Shown here: piece by piece, positions 11,901-23,500 of the stretch | How the letters are laid out: each line of letters starts with the position of its first letter | Position numbering within the stretch: the first letter of the stretch is position 1 | NCBI GenBank assembly: GCA_039621445.1 | Contig: CP154954.1 | Location: 37,185,703-37,249,702 of the forward strand | Length of the DNA: 64,000 nt | Source: Euglena gracilis | Lineage: Eukaryota | Direction: 5' to 3' | Notes under the pieces: model-generated | What the model was told of the DNA's origin: nothing | The model's database searches: none | The model's input: the letters and a program-made list of their open reading frames with translations, nothing else | Position numbers and translations under genes: made by a program

Positions 11901-14085
11901 CCACTCGCTTTTCGAGGGTACAATCCACTTACACTGAATAAGCTTCTCATTTCATTGAGAGCTTGTTCGCGTTCTCCCGAACAACGAAAAAAATTACGGT
12001 GCATGGGTTTAGCTCCTTCCTTAAGCTCGATCTTACAAACACCGAACGGACCGCGTATCGCGGGGTCGATGTCGCACGCGTATACTGGATTTTCCAGCAC
12101 ACCGTGAAATTCGCGGGTGATCCGCGAACAGTATTCGTCTGACTTAGGATGCTGACCTGCACTCTCGATGACTGCGGAAACCACCAGGGTATCCCTGGGG
12201 CTACCGAGCTTCCTCGGCACCGCTAATTCGGACATTCCGAATGCATCGAAGAAACATACGCGAAAAATGATTTCTTGCAAGGGTGGTAATATTTTACCAC
12301 AAAAATCTTCAAAAATTGGTACATTTGTGGGTAAATCCCACCAATGAAAACATACATACGATAGTTGGGTGAACCATTCCGCTTCCGGAATGCTGGGTAT
12401 GAGAATAACTCCACGGGCTTCATCCCGCAGAATTTTCCCAACCGCACATTCGATAAGTTTTGGGGGAGGGTGCATCCATAACACTGTATCACCCCAAAAT
12501 TTATCAAATGCGTTGGAGTGTTGTGACCAATGACGTGGCAAACGGGCATGTGCATTGGATGAAAAGGCATCGGTTTCCAATGCCAAATCAAAAGAATCAG
12601 CCAATGTCCCGATTTTGGAAAACCATCGTTCCAAAATACGATATTGACCAAAATTGAAAGCATTCCATACGCGTTTCACGTATTCATGCTCCCTATTTCC
12701 GGGTTGGAGTGAAGAAACACAATGAATGGATCCCCAAACATGCGGGTTGTCTTCCACTACCTCAAGGGATAATCCCAAGGGAGTTTGGACAGGTTGGGGG
12801 TTTCCCCATTCCGCATCAAATTCATTCCAAGTGTACTCGGGATGGTGATTTGGCATAACGCTTTTCACGTTTCCGAACAACGAGGTTAATCCGCGTTGTT
12901 GGAGTACTCGGTGTATCTCCGCGCATTGCGGGCTACAACCAAGTGTATCATGGCCTGTGGTTTCCGTATTCCGAATAGTGATTAGTGTCAGATTTTCAAC
13001 TAAACATCCACAATCGAAATCCGATTGGGTGGAAATTCTCCTGCAGTGCACACATTGGAAGGAAGTGTGATGGTGTGACGGGTGTGTGTGTAAATGGGTG
13101 TCGGTGGCATTAGCCGGTGAGTCTTGTACAGGTGTGCCTGGATTCGGCACAACTGGTGGGAAACGGAGTGGTGGTGTAGCTGGGCGACTACTCGACAACG
13201 TACGTACTGCAGGCCTTTGGGCTTTCGTCTTGTAACCCAGTGAAACGGCGGGGGTACCGTTACTCGCTTGCCCTGCCTCATGTGGAACGCATGTTGGTGT
13301 GTCATTGGGCAGGAGGGAGGCTTTCTCCGTACCCCGGTTGTGGAAAACGGTTGTTGGTGTGGTGGATAACGGTGTTGCCATTGTAGGTAACGGTCTTGGA
13401 AAAGTGGTGATCATCATGGCGGATGCAAACGGTGATGGTGGTTTGGGTGTCAATGAAGTGGTGGGTGCTGTGCACAAACCGTGGGAGTGGCAATCCACAA
13501 CCAATCAGTACTGGCGTAAAAATGGGTATCCCAAAATTACGTCAGACCCGTGAATTCCGGACTCGTAACCCCAAATATTGGTGAAATGTTGTAATTGTGG
13601 GGGTTGTGAGTGATGCTTCGGAATGATGGGCAAGAGCATCTCGAGCACACATCCCAAATCACCACCACACATGGGGGTGTTATCCGCTGTTGTAATTTTG
13701 ATCGGTTTCTTGGCGCTTACCAAGAGCGGGGTCGGTATCAACCCCAACCGAAAGAGCAGTGCAATGCGCCAACCAGTGTCAAATCAAATTTTAACTTTAG
13801 TGGAGAAATTTTGAATGCGGATTTCCGCTTGGACAAGTAATTCCATTGGTGGTACGCAAAGTGAAGGATCTGGCGGAAATACGTTTGCATGCCAGCTCTC
13901 CCATGAACCCTTTCCAACTTTGCTCAGCATTCCGAGCGGAAATGTGGTGTGGGGGGGTAGGGGACCCGAAATAATTCCGCGTACTGACCGTGAAGGCGGA
14001 TGGGCAGGGGGGGTTAAGGTTGATGAGGTCTTACCTCCATCTGTTCATCAGCCCAGAGGTCCGTGCCCTCGGACCTCGGGCTCCC
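8991..14085 (-). pseudogene. pol: pol of copy 1 (PR-MTase-like-RT-RNH-IN-chromo), several frameshifts and stops
   Basis: Motifs include LDYRYLN, LPMGVKNGP, YIDD, EVDSSDYAVG, KTDHESL, HNHGH...CQIC, GNGRAEAAV and VRWRGYEPEEDTWEP. Confidence 0.93.
12242..12646 (-). other. Dam/DIRS-MT-like N6-adenine methyltransferase domain inside pol, in one open frame in copy 1
   Basis: ETDAFSSNAHARLPRHWS..NAFDKFWGDTVLWMHPPPKLIECAVGKILRDEARGVILIPSIPEAEWF matches the DIRS-MT/phage-Dam pattern DxFAS..N..LP.(F/Y).S...DAF..W....(N/F)PP..LI..VL.KI.....ILI.P.W....W. Confidence 0.75.
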
Positions 14086-15740
14086 CTACTCCAAGTCCGA
14101 ACCGGCCGCATAGCCGGCAACATACTTTTTGGTGGAATAGATGGAATTTAATGAGCGCACCGCCATTCGGGCCTCATTAAATTCTCCCTCCGAGGTCTTA
14201 TCCCCCTCCCTGCCCGAAGCCGGGGTGTCCTCCTCCAAACAAGATATCTTGAAACCGACCTTTTGCCGGTTGGAGGAGTAACCACGGTCCTCGCGGCGCT
14301 TACCGCGATTTCCGTAGCCGGACCAAGGGGAACGAGATCTGGGACATTTGGATGAGTGGTGGTCTTTGGAACCGCAAAGTGAACAACGGGATTTGTGGCA
14401 GGAATCCGTGTAACAGGGGGAACGGTATTCCGTTTTTCCGTCAAACCGTCGTGGTGAACGAGTTTCCCCTCGAACATGACCGGTGTACCGGGGGTTCCCC
14501 GGTGACTCCCGCGAAGAGGATGATCCACTTCGCGAACGAGATCGTGAAGAGTCGCGATTGAAATCCTGTTTTCGGGTAGGGGGTCCAGGTGACCGACCGC
14601 GAGAGGGACGGGTTTCCCGACCATCACGCGATGGTGACTTGGGCCTACTACCGCTAAAGCGGTTCTCCGAAGAACGTGAAACTCCCGATTGACGTGAAAA
14701 CGCCGAGGAACCCGATCCCCGTGAGGAGGTCGAGCCACTTGGGCTTCCAATACGCTTTCGCGCATCGGGATTCGGGCATTCCCGAGGCATGTGACCAGAT
14801 TTGTTGCACAAAAAGCACAGTTTATCCGTGCCTTGGTCCGAAGAACGCTGATTCCGCGTTTTCGGTCCCGTGGTGGGTGATCTTGGTGATATGGGTGATT
14901 TTTGCAACGCGTTAACCGCACCCGCAGGGATTCCCGCGGTGGGATGCGTTTGGAAAGCGGACTGTATTTGTCCCAAAACTTGTGTGAGTTTGAGTTGCTT
15001 TGACACATAATTCCAACGTTGGGCAAGAGTCATCTCATGCCCTGCCAACTCCTCGCGATGGATATCCTTCACGAGGGATGGTGTGAAATGCAACAAAACC
15101 GCATCGAATTGTTCGCGCATTTGCTTCTCGCTAAGTTCATCAACTTCGGAAGCAAGTGCTAACCATTTGGCATACCAAAGGTCAATGGTTTTCCATTTGC
15201 GATCCGATGGCGCGCATTGTCGCCATTTCTTTTCCAGGGTAATCCTGGTGACCAAGCTTGAGTTGGTTGAAGCGTATTGCTCAACCAGGTCATCAAATGA
15301 TACGCCATTACGTATTACCAAATTGCGCGCGCGTTCTCGCTCCTCCCTCGGTAGGCAATCCATGAATTCCATCTTGACCACCTCGGGATTCGGGTCTTGG
15401 GTGGGTCCCTTTAGTGCCCAGTAGTACTCCCAATCCCGAAAAAATTGTCTCCATGTGGACGGATCCCCGTCCCATTGGGGTTTCACCTTGTTCGCTATGG
15501 TGATGGTGCCCCTGAAGTCTCTCTGAGTAACCCGCTGACCCTCGGTGGTATTCCAGGGGTTTGGGTCAGGGTAATTCTTCACACCAAACGCGTTTCGCGG
15601 ATTTTCCGCTCCATGTGTACCCCGTGCAGGATTTCCCGCACCAAGTGTAGGGGTGGCAGGATTTTCCTGCGGGAATTGCGAAAAATGTGGTGAAATTCTC
15701 CCGGTGGGGCAGGTTCCCCGCCGAAAACCCGATGGGTGAT
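14086..15740 (-). pseudogene. gag: 3' part of gag, copy 1 (interrupted at 15740 by the LTR of copy 2)
   Basis: CFLCNKSGHMPREC and CSLCGSKDHHSSKC zinc knuckles, an RS-rich spacer, ending DLE-TAG. Confidence 0.9.
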
Positions 15741-16168
15741 TGTGTACCAGGCACGTCCCAGCTCTGTAGGATATCTGCAGAGTGGGTTCTGTGACGGTCG
15801 CACCACTGTGGAACACCACAGCTGGTAGGATCGTGGCAGACCCTTCTGGGATCTGCCCCTGGACACGTCAGCACTTTTCTCTCCTTCCCCCACAGGTGGT
15901 ATTCTTCACTGTCAATCTTCCCAAGTTTGACCATTGGTTTTGTCAGAGGGAAAAACCCTCGGAACAGTCGAACTTGACCTCAGAAGAAACTTCTGAGTCT
16001 TTGCTTTGTGCTTTGCTTCTTGGGGAATTGAGAAGAAAAGGGGAAAACCACTTTTCGTTACTCCAAAGACTTTTCCCTACCATAGGTAGGCTGCGCACCA
16101 AGGCGAAAGCGAAAGACTTTTACAGAAAGTCCCAAAAAGAGGAAAAGGGAAAGTTTTGGACGTACACT
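15741..16168 (+). repeat. 5' LTR of copy 2
   Basis: TGTGTACCAGG...GGACGTACACT, a direct repeat of 32057-32484, followed by the PBS. Confidence 0.95.
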
Positions 16169-16178
16169 TGGTAGCAGA
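16169..16178 (+). promoter_or_regulatory. Primer binding site, tRNA-iMet type
   Basis: TGGTAGCAGA directly after the LTR, complementary to the ...UCUGCUACCA 3' end found in many eukaryotic initiator tRNAs. Confidence 0.75.
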
Positions 16179-16422
16179 TTTAGGCAACGATCCTACACAG
16201 ACGTTCCACACAGAGAAACTCTGTGGTTGACTGGTGGTGAGGATCGTACTGAGCCGTGAAACACGGTGAAAGTATTGTTCCTGGCCCCTAGCCAACCCTT
16301 AAACAAGGATACAGGTCTCAGAAGGTTCTGTTCGGTATTCGCCGATACAACCTTTCTGGTCCCTGTTTCACTGCTTATTTGTGTGAATTTTTGAGTTTTT
16401 GCCTTTTTACCCATCTCAAAAG

Positions 16423-19400
16423 ATGCAGAGCACAACCCCCAACAGCAAATTTGATTATGACTTGTTGATGAGTTCATTGACCAATCTTGATGAAGATTGC
16501 GGGGATTGGAACGGTTCGAATGAAACAAGTTCCAATTCCCGACTCCCCAAGCAACAAGAAGACACATTGCATCAATTGTCATTGTCACAAGGCGAAACGC
16601 CTTCATTGTTGCAAGGGGGTAATGAACCCTCTTCATCATCATTGTCATTGATTGTGCGGGATGTGGGCGGCAAAATGCCTACCTCCATCCCGGTTCACCC
16701 GTCATTGATTCGGCGAGGGGATGAACCCCTTGCACCGTTACACTTGGCAACTCATGTAACCCATGAACAAAGTGAGGGGTATTTGCCCTTTGCTCTGTTC
16801 ACACCCAAAAGATCCCCGGTGGAAGCACCGGTGGGCCTTTTGGAGTGCAACTCGGTGGAAACACCGTGTTTTTTCCAACCCCCCCCCCTCAATTTCCACC
16901 CCCCACACCATTCCAGGGATTACCCGCGGAAACTGCGGTTTTCCCTGCTTTGCCATGGAACCCAGATATGCGTCTGGTGGTACCGGAAAACTCTGGTGCC
17001 GTTTCCATTGTGGATGACTATGAGGAAGATTTGAGGGATAACCTCAGCCCCGGTGATGTTTACCATATTCTCGGTCAACTCCCAGCGGATCACCCGCTGA
17101 ACAAGCAAATTTTGCATGTCCACCAATGTGTTGGGGAATGTGCAACCATGCTCAACAAGGTTTTGCAGTTTGATGAGGACAATCAAAGGGTTGTCAACAC
17201 CAAGCTGGAATATTGCTGGAATTATTTGCAGGAAATCGGCAAATATTGCCAACACAATTTTGAAAATGCGGGGAAAGACCTTCAGCATTTTCGAGAAAGT
17301 GTTGACAGTATTTTGCGCATCCAACTTCCACAAAATTTCCAACAAATCAGCGAAATGCTGCATGAAGCGGAAACGCGGAATGATTCCAAGTTTCTGCATG
17401 TGCAGGATGGTATGAGCCATCTTTTTGCCAAAGTAGAATCATGTTCAACCATGCTACTGCAATTGCAGCAGCAGTTACAAGCGCAAAATGCCACTCCCAA
17501 AATGCCGGAAATCGGTAACTTTGTTGCGGTTGAGCATTTTGCCACACTCACTACTTCTTTCCAAGAAGCCCAACAACGGATTTTGCATCTCTGCTCGGAA
17601 ATCGAGCATTTGAAGCAATTTCAAGCGACGGTGCAAGAAAATTTTGTTCCCAGTACGCAAATCCAGGTTTTGGAGGAACGCATCCTACATTTGGAGCAAA
17701 AATCCTGCCATTGTGCCGCAAATCAGGATGGATTAACCACCCTGCACGCAAAAATCGCGCATTGCGCACAACGGTTGTATTTCGCGCAACAACAATCGCA
17801 AACGGACATCGGCGGTATTAATGCCACCGTTGTCGGTTTGCAGGAGCATGTTTCTGCACTTTCCAAGCGAATTCCTGACATTAGTGGTATTCAAGCCGCT
17901 ATTGGGGAATTACAAACCCGTTGCACCTTGTTGTCTACCACGGTAGCAGAAATTCGCGCACTTCCCAATACTTCGCGTGCGCGGATATCGGAGTCACCGG
18001 AATTTCGCTCATTTTATAACAAAATGCTTGGTGACAACAAGGAAACCTCGCAAGCATTTTGTACGAGTTTGATTCAACTTGAGGAATCTGTGAATCGGAA
18101 TGCCGGATCAATGCAAGATGAGGTTTCACGGTTGGATGGACGAATTTCTGCGGTGTTGGAAAAGCCAACCGCGGAAAATTCGCGCACCACCGCGGAAACC
18201 CCCACCAAGGCACCCCACCAATTGTAAATTGTCTCAAATGCAGTAAAAGCGCTTGCGGGTCAACTCCGGAATGTGGAGGAGTCCCAAGGACAACTTGTCC
18301 AAGATTTACACTTGGTTTCTGAAAAGTTACCACACTTGGACGATTTTTCCCGTTACCGCAAACGCATTCGGCATTTGGAGACTGAGGTTGACCGTATTTG
18401 CGGCCAACTCCAGTTGGTGGAACATTTGGAAGAAACGGTGCATGACTTGTCCGCGAGTTTGGATAAAATGTCCGCTCCGGTACCGGTTGTGCCACCACCC
18501 ACCGCGGTAAGCGCTGCGGTTGGTATTCCAAATGTCCCGGAATCGCGTTCTCAAACTACCATTTCCGGGGTGGGAATACCTACATCCACCGCGAATTTGG
18601 TACAACCACCCGCGAAAACGCGAATTGTACCACCTTTGCTGTTGCCAACACCGCAAACCCACTTTTCACGGGAAATTTCCGATGAGGAAATTGATCCCCC
18701 GCTCGAGAATTCGAGTCTCCACCAGGAAATTCAACATTCCAACCTTGTACGAGGAATGAGCCAACACCCCGCACCTGGTATTGGTCATGTGTCGCATTCG
18801 CGATCATACCAACCACCATCGGGTTCTGGATTACCAGATCACCCATCGGGTTTTCGGCGGGAAACCCGCCCTACTGGGAGAAAATCACCACATTTTTCGC
18901 AATTCCCGCAGGAAAATCCTGCCACCCTTACACTTGGTGCGGGAAATCCTGCACGGGGTTTATATGAAGCGGAAAATCCGCGAAACGCGTTTGGCGTTAA
19001 GAATTACCCGGACCCAAACCCCTGGAATACCACCGAGGGTCAACGGGTTACTCAGAGAGACTTCAAGGGCACCATCGGAATCGCGAACAAGGTGAAACCC
19101 CAATGGGACGGGGATCCAACCACATGGAGACAATTTTTTCGGGACTGGGAGTACTATTGGGCACTAAAGGTACCAACCCAAGACCCGAATCCCGAGGTAG
19201 TCAAGATGGAATTCATCGATTGCCTACCGAGGGAGGAGCGAGAACGCGCACGCAATTTGGTGATACGCAATGGCGTATCATTCGATGACCTGGTTGAGCA
19301 ATACGCTTCAACCAACTCAAGTTTGGTCACCAGGATTACCCTGGAGAAGAAATGGCGACAATCCGCGCCATCGGATCGCAAATGGAAATACATTGACCTT

Positions 19401-20478
19401 TGGTATGCTAAATGGTTAGCACTTGCTTCCGATGTTGATGAACTTAGCGAGAAGCAAATGCGCGAACAATTCGATGCGGTTTTGTTGCATTTCACACCAT
19501 CCCTATCGTGAGGAGTTGGCAGGGCATGAGATGACTCTTGCCCAACGTTGTAATTGTGTGTCAAAGCAACTCAAACTCACACAAGTTTTGGGACAAATAC
19601 AGTCCGCTTTCCAAACGCATCCCACCACGGGAATCCGTGCGGGTGCGGTTAATGCGTTGTAAAAATCACCCATGTCACCGAGATCACCCACCAATGGACC
19701 GAAAACGCGGAATCAGCGTTCTTCGGACCAAGGCACGGATAAACTGTGCTTTTTGTGCAACAAATCTGGTCACATGTCTCGGGAATGCCCGAATCCCGAT
19801 GCGCGAAAGCGTATTGGAAGCCCAAGGGGCTCGACCTCCTCACGGGGATCGGGTTCCTTGGCGTTTTCGCGACAATCGGGAGTTTCACATTCTTCGGAGA
19901 ACCGCTTTAGCGGTAGTAGGCCCAAGTCACCATCGCGTGATGGTCGGGAAACCCGTCCTTCTCGCGGTCGGTCACCTGGACCCCCTACCCGAAAACAGGA
20001 TTTCAATCGCGATTCTTCACGATCTCGTTCGCGAAGTGGTTCATCCTCTTCACGCGAGTCATCGGGGAAGTCCCGATCCACCGGTCATGGTCGACGGGAA
20101 ACCCGTTCACCACGACGGTTTGACGGTCGAACGGAATACCGTTCCCCCCGTTATGCGGAATCCCGCCACAAATCCCGTTGTTCACTTTGCGGTTCAAAAG
20201 ACCACCACTCATCCAAATGCCCCAGATCTCGTTCCCCCCGGCCCGGCTACTGGAATCGCTGTAAGCGCCGCGATGACCGTGGTTACTCCTCCAACCGGCA
20301 AAAGGTCGGTTTCAAGATTTCTTGTTTGGAGGAGGACACCCCGGCTTTGGGCAGGGAGGGGGATGAGACCTCGGACAGGGAATTTAATGAGGCCCGAATG
20401 GCGGTGCGCTCATTGAATTCCATCTATTCCACCAAAAAGTCCGTTGCCGGCTATGCGGCCGGTTCGGACTTGGAGTAG
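16423..20478 (+). pseudogene. gag: gag of copy 2 with a long N-terminal coiled-coil-like extension (~1350 codons when joined; frameshifts and stops)
   Basis: ORF pieces 16399-17034, 16845-18227, 18273-19511 and 19672-20478. Capsid-like PQWDGDPTTWRQFFRDWE segment and two CCHC knuckles. Confidence 0.85.
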
Positions 20479-20514
20479 GGGAGCCCGAGGTCCGAGGGCA
20501 CGGACCTCTGGGCT
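20476..20514 (+). promoter_or_regulatory. Putative gag-pol stop-codon readthrough signal (TAG + hairpin)
   Basis: TAG-GGG-AGCCCGAGGTCCG-AGGGCA-CGGACCTCTGGGCT. Pol continues in the gag frame. Identical in copy 1 (14050-14088). Confidence 0.7.
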
Positions 20515-23500
20515 GATGAACAGATGGAGGTAAGACCTGATCAACCTTACCCCCCCTGCCCATCCGCCTTCACGGTCAGTACCCGGAATTATTTCGGGTC
20601 CCCTACCCCCCACTCCACATTTCCGCTCGGAATGCTGAGCAAAGTAGGAAAGGGTTCATGGGAAAGCTGGCATGCAAACGTATTTCCGCCAGACCCTTCA
20701 CTTTGCGTACCACCAATGGAATTACTCGTCCAAGCGGAAATCCGCATCCAAAATTTCTCCACTAAAGTTAAAATTCTCATTGACACTGGTTGTCGCATTG
20801 CACTGCTTTTTCGGTTGGGGTTGATACCGACCCCGCTCTTGGTAAGCGCCAAGAAACCGATCAAAATTACAACCGCGGATAACACCCCCATGTGCGGTGG
20901 TGATTTGGGATGTGTGCTCGAGATACTCTTGCCTATCATTCCGAAGCATCACTCACACCCCCCACAATTACAACATTTCACCAAGTTTTTTGGTTACGAG
21001 TCCGGAATTCACGGGTCTGACGTAATTTTGGGATACCCATTTTTACGCCAGTACCGATTGGTTGTGGATTGCCACTCCCACGGTTTGCGCACAACACCCA
21101 CGACCGCATTGCCACCCAAACCACCATCACCGTTGGCGTCAACCATGACGACCACCACTTTTTCAACACCGTTACCTACAATGGCAACACCGTTATCCAC
21201 CACACGAACCACCGTTTTCCACACCCGGGGTACGGAGAAAGCCTCCCCCCTACCCAATGACACACCTACATGCGTTCCACATGAAGTAGGGCAAGCGAGT
21301 AGCGGTACCCCCGCCGTTTCACTGGGTTACAAGACGAAAGCCCAAAGGCCTGAAGTAATTACGGTGTCGAGTAGTCGCCCAGCTACACCACCACTCCGTT
21401 TCCCACCAGTTGTGCCGAATTCAGGCACACCTGTACAAGACTCACCGGCTACTGCCATCGACACCCTCTTATACGCACACCCGATACACCAACACACTTC
21501 CTACCAATGTGTGCACTGCAGGAGAAATTCCACCCAATCGGATTTCGATTGTGGGTGTTTAGTTCAAAATCCGACACTGATCGCAATTCTGATTACGGAA
21601 TCCACACGGCATGACACACTTAGTTGTAGCCCGCAATGCGCGGAGATACACCGAGTACTCCAACAACGCGGATTAACCTAGTTGTTCGGATACGCGAAAA
21701 GCGTTATGCCTAATCACCATCCCGAGTACACTTGGTATGAATTTGATGCGGAATGGGGAAACCCCCAACCTGTCCAAACTCCCTGGGGATTACCCCTTGA
21801 GGTAGTGGAAGACAACCCGCATGTTTGTGGATCCGTTCATTGTGTATCTTCACTCCAACCCGGAAATAGGGTGCATGAATACGCGAAACGCGTATGGAAT
21901 GCTTTCAATTTTGGTCAATATCACATTTTGGATCGATGGTTTTCCAAAATTGCGACATTGGCTGATTCTTTTGATTTGACATTGGAAATCGATGCCTTTT
22001 CATCCAATGCACATGCCCGTTTGCCACGTCATTCGTCACAACACTCCAACGCATTTGATAAATTTTGGGGTGATACGGTGTTATGGATGCACCCTCCCCC
22101 CAAACTTATCGGATCCCCCCAAAACTTGTCAAATGTGCGGTAGAGAAAATTCTGCGGGATGAAGCCCGTGGAGTTATTCTCATACCCATCATTCCGGAAG
22201 CGGAATGGTTCACCCAACTATCATATGTGTGTTTTCATTGGTGGGATTTACCCACAAATGTACCGATTTTTGAGGATTTTTGAGGTAAAATATTACCACC
22301 CTTGAAAGAAATCATTTTTCGCGTATGTTTCTTCGATGCGTTCGGAATGTCCGAATTCGCGGTGCCGAGGAAGCTCGGTAGCCCCAGGGATACCCTGGTG
22401 GTTTCCGCAGTCATCGAGAGTGCAGGTCAGCATCCTAAGTCAGCCGAATTCTGTTCGCGGATCACCCGCGAATTTCACGGTGTGCTGGAAAATCCAGTAT
22501 ACGCGTGCGACATCGACCCCGCGATACGCGGTCCGTTCGGTGTTTGTAAGATCGAGCTTAAGGAAGGAGCTAAACCAATGCACCGAAAATTTTTTCGTTG
22601 TTCGGGAGAACGCGAACAAGCTCTCAATGAAATGATTGAGAAGCTTATTCAGCGCAAGTGGATTGTGCCCTCGAAAAGCGAGTGGACATCCCAGGCATTT
22701 GTTGTTCCTAAACCCCCAGACCACTTAGGTAAGAAGAAATGGAGACTGGTGCTGGATTACCGGTACCTGAACTCCCAAACAAGGGATGATCCCTTCCCGC
22801 TCCCCCTGATCGAGGATTTGATCACCAAACAATCGGAAAACCGGTTGTGGTCAATTTTCGATCTGGAGGACGGTTTTCACCAAATGCACTTGCACCCTGA
22901 CTCCCAACCATACACGGCATTCGTGACATCCAAGGGTGTGTACCAATGGACGGTACTCCCCATGGGTGTTAAGAATGGCCCAGCCATGTTTCAGCGCATG
23001 ATACAATGGGTTCTACGCGATTTACCGTTTGCCATTGTGTACATTGATGATGTGCTGGTGGGAACACCACCACCATCCGCAAAATCGAGCGAGGATATCC
23101 TCGTCACACACTTCCACCATGTTTGCGCGGTATTAACCGCTTTTCAAAAACATGTGCTTTTCGCGAAAGGCGCGAAAATGCATTTGTTTCGGATACTTAT
23201 AAAATTTTGCGGTCACATCCTCAGCAATGGACAGCGGAAAGCCGCTCCGAGTAAACTCGAAGCCATTAAGAAATGGACCCCTGAGGTAATCAAAACGATT
23301 ACTCACCTCAAAGGATTTTTGGGATTAGCCCAATATTACGAGATTTATAAGAAAGACTTCGCGAAAATCGCGGTGCCCCTCACCAAACAGCTCAAAAACC
23401 GGGCTGTTGACAACACCAAAGTCATTTGGGATGACCAAATGCGCGAAGCCCTTGAGAAAATCAAGGTTTTGCTTTTGGAGAATGTTGTCCTCGAAATCGC

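Larger units (their letters stand above)
4505..15740 (-). mobile_element. Ty3/Gypsy chromodomain LTR retrotransposon, copy 1 (5'-truncated within gag, degenerate)
   Basis: On -: partial gag with 2 CCHC knuckles, protease, RT (YIDD), RNase H, integrase, chromodomain, extra ORF, PPT and 3' LTR. Colinear with copy 2 from about 18838 onward. Confidence 0.95.

Noticed and set aside
4505-16168. Single DIRS-like element with inverted terminal repeats
   Set aside because: It encodes a DDE integrase and protease with no tyrosine recombinase. The second repeat is followed by a PBS and is the 5' LTR of copy 2.
15782-16174. ORF open across all three LTRs
   Set aside because: No recognisable domain or ATG context, and many differences between LTR copies change amino acids. 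Likely chance.
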